Below, piece after piece: positions 11,571 to 21,631 of a DNA stretch of 64,000 bases. The notes under the pieces are model-generated. The model had not been told where the DNA came from. It saw only the letters and a program-made list of their open reading frames with translations, and searched no databases. The DNA lies in contig CAWBGA010000014.1 of the NCBI GenBank assembly GCA_963788195.1, positions 1-64,000 of the forward strand. The letters run 5' to 3'. This DNA is from Nitrospirota bacterium. GTDB lineage: Bacteria > Nitrospirota > Nitrospiria > Nitrospirales > NS-4. Both the position numbers and the translations under genes were made by a program. How positions within the stretch are numbered: the stretch's first letter is position 1; each line of letters begins with the position of its first letter.

Positions 11571-12542
11571 CTAGGGGACGGCAATTCTCAAAATGGTGCC
11601 GTTGTCGCCGACCGCAAACCCGGTTTTGCTGCTGAGAAACGCGACCCCATAGAGGGTGGTATTGGGTCCTCTCATAAAGGGCACCCATGTGAATCCTGCG
11701 TCCGTGGTCCGCAGAATCGTCCCGCGGTCCCCCACGATCCAGCCGTTTTTGATATCGCTGAAATAGACCCCAGTCAGATCAAGGGGTTTTGAGAGCGAAC
11801 GATCTTCCCACTTTGCGCCGCCGTCGAAGGTCTGGAGAAGAATGCCGCCGTTCCCGACGATCCAGCCGTTCTGCAGGTCCGTAAAAAAGATATCGAACAA
11901 GGTGCTCGGGGTCTTGCTGGCCTGTAGGGTCCACGTGCGCCCGCCGTCTTTCGTGGCCACGATGGTCCCCAACGCACCCGCAGCCCATCCGTTTTTGGCG
12001 TCAAGGAATTGGACTGCATACAAAAAGGACCGGGTCCCTGTCGGCAAATCCTGCCAGGTGGCGCCGCCGTCGTCGGTCGATAAGAAGGTGCCGTCCGACC
12101 CTACAATCCATCCATGGTCTTGATCCAGGAAAGTAACGTCGAAGAGATTGGCGGCCGTACCGCTCCTTTGAGGCTTCCAAGTGACACCGCCGTCACTCGA
12201 CTTCAACAGCGTGCCGCTTGCGCCGACGGCCCATACCAGCTTCTTGGAAGAGAACGCGGCATCGTAGAGCGCTTCATCCGTTCCACTCTTTTGCGGTTTC
12301 CAGGATGTCCCACCATCTGTTGTGAGCAACAGTGTGCCTCCGCTACCGACCACGACACCAACCGAAGATGTCGCAAAGGTTACGCCAAAAAGCGACATTG
12401 TTGTTCCGCTCTTGACTTCCTTCAGAGTTCCCGATGGCGCCGCAGAGGATAGCGGCGAAGCTGTCATCATACAGGCGATCACTGTCAGGCAGGGGAAGAT
12501 GAGTTTGCCAAGCGCCTTCATGGCGGCGTTAGAAGGACGCAT
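11571..12542 (-). CDS. Exported YCF48/BNR-repeat beta-propeller protein
   Basis: Repeated GW.VG..G.(I/L)L.T.DGG.TW units; N-terminal hydrophobic signal; start uncertain. Confidence 0.85.
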   Translation of the reverse strand: MRPSNAAMKALGKLIFPCLTVIACMMTASPLSSAAPSGTLKEVKSGTTMSLFGVTFATSSVGVVVGSGGTLLLTTDGGTSWKPQKSGTDEALYDAAFSSKKLVWAVGASGTLLKSSDGGVTWKPQRSGTAANLFDVTFLDQDHGWIVGSDGTFLSTDDGGATWQDLPTGTRSFLYAVQFLDAKNGWAAGALGTIVATKDGGRTWTLQASKTPSTLFDIFFTDLQNGWIVGNGGILLQTFDGGAKWEDRSLSKPLDLTGVYFSDIKNGWIVGDRGTILRTTDAGFTWVPFMRGPNTTLYGVAFLSSKTGFAVGDNGTILRIAVP

Positions 12543-14160
12543 CCCCACCCTGTTTGGGAAGGTTCTTTCGATAATCGCTATCAATTTCTTCGAGCCCGCT
12601 GGGAGAAAAATGTCCCACCGGCGTCTCTACCCACTGCTTATCTTTGCAACAGTCGCCATTGGGCAGGAGGTCCCAAGAGCCGCGCCTGATTACGATGTCA
12701 CCAGGCGATGCCAGTCGCGGCACGCGGACTTTGATCTCGGTATCAGTCCAGCTTTCCACGATCCCCGCGACATATTTGGCTCGGACATAATCCTTATTGG
12801 CCGGAAATAACACCGCAGTTCGCGCAACGTTTTCGCTGAACGTCGTGAACTTATGCTGATGGCCCTCTCGAGAAATGTGATCTTGCGTGCGCTCGTCGGT
12901 CGTGACGAAATCTCCGAATCCCGAACCTTTGATCGTGATCACGCTCCCGATCTCGGCTGTGGGGGGTATGACGGACTCAACCGCCGGCACTGTCAATGTG
13001 AACTCTCCCCCCGAGGCCGTCGCGAAGCCCTGTTCGGCGCAGCATGATCCGTCTGAATTCATCTTGACCGCGCCGCGCCGGACCTCAAGAGGGCCGGTTT
13101 TCGCGCTGACCGGCACCCAGGCATGGATCACGCGGTCAGCCCACTGGAATACGCGTCCCGGGACCCCGCCGAACAGCACCTGATTGGGACCGCTGTCCGA
13201 AAACACACCGAAGTGTTCGCCGGAGATGGTGACGAGGCTCCCCACGGGGGCCGTGTCGGGCAGCACGCCAATCACATGTTGCGGCGCCAAGCGGAACTCG
13301 CCGACAGTCCGGTTTTCGTCGCCTCTTTTGAGGACTACAGGGCCTGTGGTGCCGTTCAACGGAACACTCACACGAATACGGTTGTTCGCCCATTCCCGGA
13401 CTTGCGCCGGAACTCCGCTAAAGAGAACCAGATCCTTTCCCGGAGTCATCTGTCCAAAGCCATCCCCTGAGATCACGACAGGCGTTCCTATGGGACCTTC
13501 TGTTGGTTCCATTTGGACTGTAGTCATCACGGTAAAGGCTACTGGAGCGCTCAGACTGTATCCTACGGATGCGCAACAGGAGCCGTCCTGACGCGGATCG
13601 ACTGAGGCCAGCCGCACCGTAAGCGGACCACTTGTGGCGTTCGATGGAACTTTCGCTTCGATTCGCGAATCCCGCCAACGAATGATTTGGGCGGGAAGGC
13701 CGTTGAAGAGCACTTCATTTACGCCGAACTGCATCTCACTATCCTTATGCCCCATCGTCGGCCCGAAGTTCCGACCGAGGATTTGCACGATCTCGCCCGC
13801 GGCCGCAGATGTCGGCAAAACTTCCTTCACTACCGGCTGCTCCACCGTGAAATTTCCGAGTTGTTGGCTCTTTTTCCCGTTCTTGATCATCACAGGCCCC
13901 GTGGCGGCTTTGGAGGGAACACGCACGATGACTTTGCGGTTGTCCCAGTGCTGCACGAGACCCGAAGCCTTTCCAAATAACACAAGGTTGTTCTTCGTAG
14001 AGATAAACTTGCCAAAGCCTTGTCCCGTGATTGTGACCTCAATGCCGATCGGGCCTGAATCCGGAAATATTGTGGTATCGGCGAAGACAGGACTTGCGAG
14101 GAGAAACGGTAGGAATAACAAAAAACGCTTAAAATGTTTCAAAGCAGTTCCTCTCTTCAA
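12529..14160 (-). CDS. Exported IPT/TIG-repeat protein
   Basis: Signal peptide; repeated P..G.(V/I)TI.G..FG / V.F.G / W....I...VP..A.(T/S)GP modules. Confidence 0.85.
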   Translation of the reverse strand: MKRGTALKHFKRFLLFLPFLLASPVFADTTIFPDSGPIGIEVTITGQGFGKFISTKNNLVLFGKASGLVQHWDNRKVIVRVPSKAATGPVMIKNGKKSQQLGNFTVEQPVVKEVLPTSAAAGEIVQILGRNFGPTMGHKDSEMQFGVNEVLFNGLPAQIIRWRDSRIEAKVPSNATSGPLTVRLASVDPRQDGSCCASVGYSLSAPVAFTVMTTVQMEPTEGPIGTPVVISGDGFGQMTPGKDLVLFSGVPAQVREWANNRIRVSVPLNGTTGPVVLKRGDENRTVGEFRLAPQHVIGVLPDTAPVGSLVTISGEHFGVFSDSGPNQVLFGGVPGRVFQWADRVIHAWVPVSAKTGPLEVRRGAVKMNSDGSCCAEQGFATASGGEFTLTVPAVESVIPPTAEIGSVITIKGSGFGDFVTTDERTQDHISREGHQHKFTTFSENVARTAVLFPANKDYVRAKYVAGIVESWTDTEIKVRVPRLASPGDIVIRRGSWDLLPNGDCCKDKQWVETPVGHFSPSGLEEIDSDYRKNLPKQGGDASF

Positions 14161-14231
14161 AAAATGGGGGGATGGAAGCCCAGACCGGGGCCTTGCGGCC
14201 CGCCAAAAAACAAGCCGGCTGGCGCTCAGAA

Positions 14232-14261
14232 ACTATAACAAGCGCAATTTCGGGGTGTCAA
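14232..14261 (-). promoter_or_regulatory. Putative sigma70 promoter for the IPT/TIG gene
   Basis: Minus strand TTGACA-N18-TATAGT with TG just upstream of the -10. Confidence 0.6.
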
Positions 14262-14281
14262 CAAGGCTCCGATTAGGCTGC

Positions 14282-14772
14282 GGGCCCTGTCCCTGAGCAG
14301 CCCGGGCGTGCTCGCTCCCGAAGCCCAAGTCGCTGCGCTCGGCCCGGGCTCCCGCTCGGTGCCACCCGCTCACCAAATCTACACTGGGTGAAGGTCAAGG
14401 TCGGATCGCGGAGGGGTCCTGTCGTGGAACAGCCCTGCCGTGCTCGCGCTCCGCTCGGAAGCAAGCAAGTCGCGCTGCGCTCCGCCAGGGCGCCCCGTTC
14501 CACGCCACCCGCTCCACAAATCTACGCTGTGGGAAAGTCGGGTCCGGGAGGGTGCTGACACCGCCCGCTGGGTCCTGTCATCGACCATCCCCACCGTGCT
14601 CAGCAGCGCAATGCTGATCGCGAATGGCGTTCAATATTCCGTACTTGCCGCCATCCCCCATTCCAAAAGTGTTTGCTTTCACCCGGTGGGGAGCCCCTGT
14701 TCGATGCCACCCAGGTGCCGGTGTTTCGCTGACGGCGGCGGATGGAAAGATGCGCCATGTTCCCAGCCACCC
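14282..14772. ncRNA. Three tandem copies of an unassigned structured motif (RNA or DNA hairpin; strand unknown)
   Basis: GGGYCCTGTC-stem-A-stem-CGTGCTC...stem'-CCC-stem'-GCCACCC at 14282, 14414 and 14570, with different but complementary stem sequences in each copy. Confidence 0.6.
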
Positions 14773-14791
14773 CGCAGGCAATCCTAGCCTT

Positions 14792-15250
14792 CTACTGGAC
14801 CTGCAGAATGATCTCGAGCTCAACCGCCATGTTGAGGGGAAGTTCGGCAGCGCCTAATGCAAGACGTGCATGGCGGCCGGCTTCGCCAAAGATCTCGACA
14901 AGTAAATCGGATGCGCCGTTGAGCACCGCGGGCTGCTGGGTAAACCCGGCAGCCGAGGCGACGTGGCCCGACATGCGGACGACGCGCGTAATCCGATCCA
15001 GGCTGCCGAGTTCCTGCTTGGCAATGGCAAGCGCATTCAAAATAGTCAGCTTGGCAGCCTCATAACCTTGCTCTACGGTTAAATCCTTTCCGAGCTTCCC
15101 TGCAAACAAAATCTTGCCATCTTTGAAAGGTCCTGTCCCGCTGAGAAACAATAGATCTCCCGCCTGCACCGCCGGCACATACGAAGCCACCGGCTTCGGC
15201 GCCGGGGGCAGTGTGATCTTCAGCTCAGCAAGCTTGGCTTCAAATGACAT
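14792..15250 (-). CDS. RidA/YjgF/UK114 family protein
   Basis: LP.APKPVASYVP, LFLSG, NGASDLL..IFGEAGRHAR, LPLNMAVE. Confidence 0.92.
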   Translation of the reverse strand: MSFEAKLAELKITLPPAPKPVASYVPAVQAGDLLFLSGTGPFKDGKILFAGKLGKDLTVEQGYEAAKLTILNALAIAKQELGSLDRITRVVRMSGHVASAAGFTQQPAVLNGASDLLVEIFGEAGRHARLALGAAELPLNMAVELEIILQVQ

Positions 15251-15534
15251 TTGTTCTTCCTCAGATGGGCCTTCATGAAAGAACTAGCTACTGTATATCA
15301 GCTCTGATGTTTTTCCAAATCTCCATACGATCTATCTCTTGGACCTTGCTTTACCCCACACCCCACCAGCGGTTGACCAAGCCGTAAAAGAGGCACACCC
15401 TACTGCACATTTCGTCCCCCGAACCAAAAGATCCTTGCAAAACCTAGCCTTGTAGGAGTACCTGCTTTGGTCTGAGCTTTGCACGATCTTTCCGATGTTC
15501 GGGATTTTCAACTCAATTCAACAGGAGGTTTCTC

Positions 15535-15819
15535 ATGAAGCGATCCATTTTGGTTTTAGCGATGCTGGTGGCCTTGGGGATGATCTCAGTCAGTTACGCT
15601 GCCGATCCAATGGGGAAGGGCGGCGCCGCCCAAACCGTCAAAGGAGAAATCCTAAAGGTGGACGGCGAGAATTACACCATTAAGGATGCATCAGGCAAAG
15701 AAGTCAAACTCCATGTGGACAAGACTACGAAAACGAGCGGACCTTTGAAGGTGGGTGACAAGATCGAGGCCGAGGCGACTCCCGAGGGCCATGCCAATTC
15801 CATCAAGGCTGCAAAGTAG
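15535..15819 (+). CDS. Small exported beta-rich (OB-fold-like) hypothetical protein
   Basis: AGGAGG RBS, signal peptide, V.G.ILK.DG..Y.IKD..GKEV.LHVD. Confidence 0.75.
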   Translation: MKRSILVLAMLVALGMISVSYAADPMGKGGAAQTVKGEILKVDGENYTIKDASGKEVKLHVDKTTKTSGPLKVGDKIEAEATPEGHANSIKAAK

Positions 15820-15916
15820 CAGGTTGTAAATACAAAGTAACCCAGTTCGCAAGCGGGGGGCCCGGATGGATGGTTTCTCGGGTCCCCCACAAGGGTCTAA
15901 CCCGGACGTTGCTCTT

Positions 15917-16132
15917 ATGGAACTCCTGCTGCGTTGGCGGTGCGAACGCTGCCGTGGGACATCGAAGCATTGTCTTTCCTGCAAAGGCAGGGGCTACATC
16001 GACCGCTGGCTGCCGTATGAACTTGTGCAGGGACTGAAACCAGTCACTTGGGTCATCTTAGATCGCCGCAACCAAGAAGCCCCTGTTCCTCACACGACAT
16101 CAGCAAGTACTCCTTTCGCCAGCTCCATCTGA
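15917..16132 (+). CDS. Small putative zinc-finger protein
   Basis: CERCRG...CLSCKGRG, resembling DnaJ-type CxxCxG repeats. Confidence 0.5.
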   Translation: MELLLRWRCERCRGTSKHCLSCKGRGYIDRWLPYELVQGLKPVTWVILDRRNQEAPVPHTTSASTPFASSI

Positions 16133-16151
16133 ACCCATTTGTCCCTCCTTC

Positions 16152-18065
16152 TCAGATCTCCAAGACGAGCCCAATTTCGATGACCTGATCGGATGGAATG
16201 CGGAAGAATGAGCTAGCACGCTGCGAGTTTCTGCTCAAGAACACGAAAATTTTTTCCCGCCAAATCTGCATACCAGGCCTCGGTGTCGCCAAGTAAGTCA
16301 CACGGCTCAGAAAAAAGGTGGTCTGCGCGATGGGAATATCCACTCCCTGCTTGGAGCAGTGTTTGAGCATTTGCGGGATATCAGGGGTATCCATGAAGCC
16401 GCAACGGGCCACGATCCGATCGACCCCTTGTCGCATCGGTGTGACGGTAATTTGATCCTGTCGCCGGATATGAGGAATCTTTTCAGTGATGACAGTCAGA
16501 AATACGATGTGTTTATGCACGAGTTTGTTGTGCTTGATATTCTGAACCAATGCCGGAGGCGTCACATCCGGGTTCTGCACCATGAATACCGCATAGCCTG
16601 GGACCTTCACCGGCACCTTCGAAACCACGTCATCGAGGAATGCCTCCAGCGGCGGCGACTGTCCTTTAATATACTTGGCCACGATTGCTCGGCCCCGGTA
16701 CCATGTCGTCATCAAGGTAAAGACGAGGATACCGAGCACCAAGGGGAACCATCCTCCAGCGGGAATCTTCAGGGCATTCGCGGTAAAGAACGACACATCA
16801 ACCACCAAGAAGACTGCTATCACAGGCACCGTCAGGAACACGCTCCAACGCCAGACATGGCGAACCACGACATACATGATAAGCGTTGTCATCACCATTG
16901 TGCCGGCCACCGCGATGCCATAGGCGGCAGCCAAATTACTTGATGATTGGAATGCAAGGACCAGCCCGATTGAGCCGGCGAGCATGGTCCAATTCAGCAT
17001 CGGCGGGTAGATTTGCCCCATTTGCTTCGCTGATGTGTATTTGAATTGGAGTGCAGGAAGATAGCCAAGCTGGACCGCCTGCTGGGTGATGGAGAACGCA
17101 CCGGCAAGCATGGCCTGAGAGGCGATGACTGTCGCGGCCGTCGCTAATCCGACCAGAGGATAGAGCATCCATGATGGCGCCAGCAGGTAAAACGGATTAA
17201 CTGCGGCCTCGGAATCATGGAGCAACAATGCGCCCTGTCCAAGATACTGAAGCAGAAGGCCCGGGAAAGCGACTGCAAACCAGCCGACCTGGATGGGTCG
17301 TTTCCCAAAATGCCCCATATCAGCGTACAAGGCTTCAGCGCCCGTGAGCGCAAGAAACACACTACCGAGAACCACAAACCCCTGACCGGCGTGTTCTGAC
17401 AGAAAGCGAACTGCGTGCAAGGGATTCATCGACCATAGTATCTCGGGGGCATGGATGATGCTGAGCAGTCCCAGCAGGCCAATCGTGCTAAACCAGACAA
17501 GCATGATCGGACCAAACACTGCACCGATCCGCCCGGTCCCGTGCCTCTGCACCACGAATATCGCAAACAAGACTGCGACGGTAATCATGACGACATATGG
17601 CTTGAGCACCGGAGTGGCTAGTTCCAGCCCCTCGACCGCGCTCAACACCGAGATTGCGGGTGTGATAATTCCATCGCCATAGAGAAACGATGCGCCGATT
17701 AGACCCAGGATCGCCACTGTTCCCAACCGGTAGTCAGACGACGGCCTCCGTTTGTGACGCTGAGCGAGCGCCATCAACGCCAAGATTCCTCCTTCCCCCT
17801 CGTTGTCAGCACGCATCACGAATAGAATGTATTTGATGGTGACGACGATGGTCAGAGACCAGATGATGAGCGACAGGATTCCCAAGACGTTCGCTGAAGT
17901 AGCCGGGACTCCATGGGCCGGGTTGAAGCATTCGCGTAGCGCGTACAGCGGGCTGGTTCCGATATCCCCATACACGATGCCGAGGGCACCCAGGGTCAGA
18001 GCTGCCAGCTTTTGTTTGGATTCAATTGGCTGCAGCGAATGTGGCGGGTGTGGTATGTGTGGCAT
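16152..18065 (-). CDS. kup: Potassium uptake transporter Kup
   Basis: GIVYGDIGTSPLY, ADNEGEGG, YGDGIITPAISVLSAVEG, EALYADMGHF. Confidence 0.97.
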   Translation of the reverse strand: MPHIPHPPHSLQPIESKQKLAALTLGALGIVYGDIGTSPLYALRECFNPAHGVPATSANVLGILSLIIWSLTIVVTIKYILFVMRADNEGEGGILALMALAQRHKRRPSSDYRLGTVAILGLIGASFLYGDGIITPAISVLSAVEGLELATPVLKPYVVMITVAVLFAIFVVQRHGTGRIGAVFGPIMLVWFSTIGLLGLLSIIHAPEILWSMNPLHAVRFLSEHAGQGFVVLGSVFLALTGAEALYADMGHFGKRPIQVGWFAVAFPGLLLQYLGQGALLLHDSEAAVNPFYLLAPSWMLYPLVGLATAATVIASQAMLAGAFSITQQAVQLGYLPALQFKYTSAKQMGQIYPPMLNWTMLAGSIGLVLAFQSSSNLAAAYGIAVAGTMVMTTLIMYVVVRHVWRWSVFLTVPVIAVFLVVDVSFFTANALKIPAGGWFPLVLGILVFTLMTTWYRGRAIVAKYIKGQSPPLEAFLDDVVSKVPVKVPGYAVFMVQNPDVTPPALVQNIKHNKLVHKHIVFLTVITEKIPHIRRQDQITVTPMRQGVDRIVARCGFMDTPDIPQMLKHCSKQGVDIPIAQTTFFLSRVTYLATPRPGMQIWREKIFVFLSRNSQRASSFFRIPSDQVIEIGLVLEI

Positions 18066-18218
18066 TAATACAGTGCCGAAGGAGTGATCCAGTGCCCTGC
18101 GAACAGCCGGCCATGATACTCGCGCTCCAATGAAATAACAATTCTATGCGGCCGCGTGCTATCCAGACGGGGACAGTCCCGGCCATGTGTTGACGACCTT
18201 TTATAGGAGGGCAATCCG

Positions 18219-19225
18219 ATGAGGAAATTATTCACGGCAATGGCGGTAGCCCTGTCCCTGGTCAGCCTGACGGGTGCCATCGCCCAAGAGGCGCCTGCAA
18301 GCCAGAAATCACTGCCGGAACAGATCGTCGACGCCATGAACGCTGTGTTCGGTACCCATCCTGGAGCGCGCGCGACCCATGCGAAGGGGGTCGTCTTGGA
18401 AGGTGTATTCACGCCGGCTGTTTCGGCCCCGCGTGTGAGCAAGCAGCGCATCTTCAAAAGCAAAAGACCCCGGTTCCCGTGACAGTGCGATTCTCCGACT
18501 CTACCGGAGTGCCGAATATCCCCGACACCGACCCGGGTACTAGTCCACGAGGCATGGCGGTGAAATTTAAACTTCCTGACGGGTCAAACACGGACATCGT
18601 GGTTCATTCCTTTAACGGCTTCCCGGTCGCCACGGCGGCCGAACTCAGAGACTTCTTTCTCGCAATCGGTGCAAGCAAGCCGGGTGATCCCCAACCCACC
18701 GCACTGGAGACGTTCTTGAGCAGTCACCCTACCGCCAAAGCTTTCCTGACGACTCAGAAACCCGCACCGGTGAGTTATGCCACCCTGGGTTATTTCGGTG
18801 TGAACACGTTCAAGTTTACGAATGCGAAGGGAATCGCCACGTTTGGTCGATACCAATTGCAGCCTGCCGCGGGCGAGCAGTTTCTCGACAATGAGCAGGC
18901 CTCGAAAATGGGACCAGACTATCTTACCGATGAGATTCGTGACCGGGTTCGTCGCGGCCCCCTCAAGTTCAGCTTGCTCCTGCAAATAGCCGCCAAAGAT
19001 GACAAGCTCGACGATCCCTCGATTGCGTGGCCGGACAGCCGAAAGAAAATCGAGTTGGGCACGATCGAGATCACCAAAGCTGTCGCAGACAGTCAAGCCG
19101 CAGAGAAGAAGTTGCTTTTCACACCCGGTGCATTGATTTCCGGTATCGAGGCCGCCGATCCAATGATCGCCATGCGTTCGGCGGCTTATATCGTTTCCTT
19201 GTCACGCCGCGTGCAAACACCGTGA
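18219..19225 (+). pseudogene. Exported catalase-related peroxidase, split by one frameshift near 18441 (possibly an assembly error)
   Basis: Signal peptide and RATHAKG in the first frame; VRFS, RGMAVKF, DPMIAMRSAAY in the second frame. Confidence 0.85.
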
Positions 19226-20136
19226 TGCAAGCCACCGGTGGGGCCGACATGTTCCCTGACCGGCCGGTTTTCGGCGCGGCCGAGTTCATCGGTCGTGCCC
19301 GCCTTGCACAGAATCTTTTCAGGCGCTGTCGTCAGGGCCAATCGATTCTCTTGTATGGCGGACCCAAGCTCGGCAAGACGTCCATGCTTTTGCATCTGAA
19401 ATGGCTCGCCGATCAGGACCGCGAAACATCGGAAACGACACCTGCCGCTTCCTATGTGGATCTGAGCGATGAAGGTGCCCGCAAACAACTTCGGCGAGGT
19501 TCTGACACAAAACCAGCCCCGATCTTGCTGCTCGATAACTGCGATCATCTCTTAAAGGAATATGGCGTGAGCACGTTGAGCGAATTGATGCCGTGTGATC
19601 ATGATATTGGCGCCTACGCGATCGTATGGGCTGGGACGCGTGCATGGCATGATGCGGTACGAGAGCAGATCGGAACCGCGGCTCTTCGACGTGTCCCGCT
19701 TGCGGTGCTGTTTCAAGGTGAAGCGCGGGAACTTCTGAAACCCTACCTGGCGCCGCATGAACGTGACGCAGCGCTTGCAGCCGGCGGCACTCACCCATAC
19801 GTATTGAAAACGATTGCCCACGAGCTGCGGTCTCGTTCCGGTCATCCGAGCGGCCCAATCAAGGCGGCGGGAGCGCGCTTGATCCCTTTCTTCCAGGCCA
19901 GCCGTGCAGCGCTACGGCAGGGGTCTGAGCAGGCTCTCCTTCAGTATCTGGTCCAAGAGGCGAGACCCATTGCTCCGCAAGAAGCCGCACGAGCCGTCGG
20001 GCTTTCGACCGTTAAATCCACTGCCGACGCATTGTGTTGCCTTGGGTTGATTAGTCGATGGAACCTGAAGGACGGGGCAATGTTGCACGCCAATTGTCAG
20101 CTCTTTAACGACTGGTATCTGACAGCCGTCCCCTAG
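19225..20136 (+). CDS. P-loop ATPase (STAND/AAA-like) with probable C-terminal winged helix
   Basis: FIGR, Walker A GGPKLGKTS, Walker B-like ILLLDN, GGTHP; TGATG overlap with the upstream gene. Confidence 0.7.
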   Translation: MQATGGADMFPDRPVFGAAEFIGRARLAQNLFRRCRQGQSILLYGGPKLGKTSMLLHLKWLADQDRETSETTPAASYVDLSDEGARKQLRRGSDTKPAPILLLDNCDHLLKEYGVSTLSELMPCDHDIGAYAIVWAGTRAWHDAVREQIGTAALRRVPLAVLFQGEARELLKPYLAPHERDAALAAGGTHPYVLKTIAHELRSRSGHPSGPIKAAGARLIPFFQASRAALRQGSEQALLQYLVQEARPIAPQEAARAVGLSTVKSTADALCCLGLISRWNLKDGAMLHANCQLFNDWYLTAVP

Positions 20137-20181
20137 CGACCCCAGAAAAGGCTTGCACGCCGATCCCGCATAACTCCACTG

Positions 20182-20481
20182 CTACGGTGCTTTTGGCTTC
20201 GCGCATTTTTTCAAGTAACCGATCAATGGTTTGACGGATTGCGGAACGCTTTGGTCATCAAAAATGACGGAGATTTTCCTGCTTCCGTCTTCGATGGCTA
20301 TTTCATATTGTTGCAGGTCGCGGCCTGAACGGGAAAGAAACTCACCCGAACCTGAAATCGCGGCGGCCTTTACCAATTGTTCAAGCTCTTTGGCATTCTC
20401 TGGAGATAGAGTCTTGGTGTCGATCTCGCATCCTTTCACCAAGCCGGCAAAACCGCCACTTTGAGTAAATTGCACTTTCAA
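20182..20481 (-). CDS. Emfourin (protealysin inhibitor) family protein
   Basis: N-terminal SGGFAG, D...YEI.I motif, about 100 aa, directly downstream of the M4 protease. Confidence 0.88.
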   Translation of the reverse strand: MKVQFTQSGGFAGLVKGCEIDTKTLSPENAKELEQLVKAAAISGSGEFLSRSGRDLQQYEIAIEDGSRKISVIFDDQSVPQSVKPLIGYLKKCAKPKAP

Positions 20482-20512
20482 TTGCTTACGCCCCTGATCA
20501 TGACCTGCCTCG

Positions 20513-21574
20513 CTAGACTGTTATCCCCACCTTCTTCCACGCCGCCTTCACCGCCTTCTTTGCGGCTGCTCCGTGAGTTGTAGCTACCTGGATCGACACC
20601 TTCGCGCAATCGATAAACCGGCTCTCGTTTGTGAGTTGTAACAGTGTTTCATACCAGATGCGTCCGGTCACGTCCCAGGCTTTTCCTCCTATCGCCTTGG
20701 CTGCCAACACAAAGACCCGGTTCGGGATGCCCGAGTTGATGTGAACGCCGTTCCGATCTCGCGGTCCAGTATAAATCTTAGACATATGCGCAGGCTGCGG
20801 GTCAGTACCCAAATCGGGATCGTTGACATAAGCAGTGCCGGGATTTTCCATGTCTCGAATTCCCCGTCGGGTCGAGGCCGGTACGAGTACTTCAGCGCCA
20901 ACCACCCAATTGGCCTTCGCTACCGTCTCACCCATCTTCCACTGACGAACCAGGATACCAAAAACATCCGCGAAGTGCTCATTGAGCGCGCCGGATTGAT
21001 CGAAATACGTCAGGTTGCTGGTAAAAGACTGGACCCCGTGCGTTAATTCATGACCGACCACATCGAGTGATTGCGTAAACCGTCGAAACAGTGTTCCATC
21101 ACCATCGCCATAGGCCATTTGCTCTCCGTTCCAGAAGGCGTTGTTCATCGGCACGAACTGCCCTGTATCATCGACTTCGCCGACGTGGACCGAAGAGATC
21201 AGCGTCATCCCGTTGCCGTCCAGCGAATTTCGCTCAAATAGCTGATTATAAAACTCATAGGTGTCGCCCGAGAAATCAAACGCCTCATTCGTGGCGGCGT
21301 CGGCAACTTTGGCCTGCCCCTCTGACCTGGCCAATTTCCCGGGTAGCTGATCCTTTTTTCGAGCATCATATACCAAACGGTGCTTCCGTTTGTCCGGAGA
21401 CATCGCAGCCATCATTTTCGGCATGACCTGTGCCGCTTCTCGAAAAGCCCGCATTGTTGCGGCGCTACGTATCTGGGCTATTGCCCGAGACCTTACTTTA
21501 GGATCAGGCGACTTGGCCAACTCATCTGTGATGTACGGCGGAATAATGCATTGGATTGGGTTACGTTCACACAT
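20513..21574 (-). CDS. Protealysin-like M4 metalloprotease
   Basis: Short propeptide with IIPPY, NNAFWNG, HELTH, GALNEHFAD, GVHINSG. Confidence 0.95.
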   Translation of the reverse strand: MCERNPIQCIIPPYITDELAKSPDPKVRSRAIAQIRSAATMRAFREAAQVMPKMMAAMSPDKRKHRLVYDARKKDQLPGKLARSEGQAKVADAATNEAFDFSGDTYEFYNQLFERNSLDGNGMTLISSVHVGEVDDTGQFVPMNNAFWNGEQMAYGDGDGTLFRRFTQSLDVVGHELTHGVQSFTSNLTYFDQSGALNEHFADVFGILVRQWKMGETVAKANWVVGAEVLVPASTRRGIRDMENPGTAYVNDPDLGTDPQPAHMSKIYTGPRDRNGVHINSGIPNRVFVLAAKAIGGKAWDVTGRIWYETLLQLTNESRFIDCAKVSIQVATTHGAAAKKAVKAAWKKVGITV

Positions 21575-21631
21575 TTTCCATTGTCCTTTCGTTGGTTAAC
21601 GCCTAGCGGAGTCAAAATAAAAAATGATCGA

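Noticed and set aside
11379..11792. ORFs with CHPE-like peptides (also 33483-33899)
   Set aside because: Translations of the REP-like element
14375..14525. AAATCTAC read as a Cas12a-type repeat
   Set aside because: Only two 8-mers, no TCTAC..GTAGA stem and no cas gene
14530..14790. RNase P or SRP RNA (GGGAAAGTC.., TGGGTCCTG..)
   Set aside because: Lacks the other RNase P conserved regions and the SRP CAGG..GGAAG..AGCAG core
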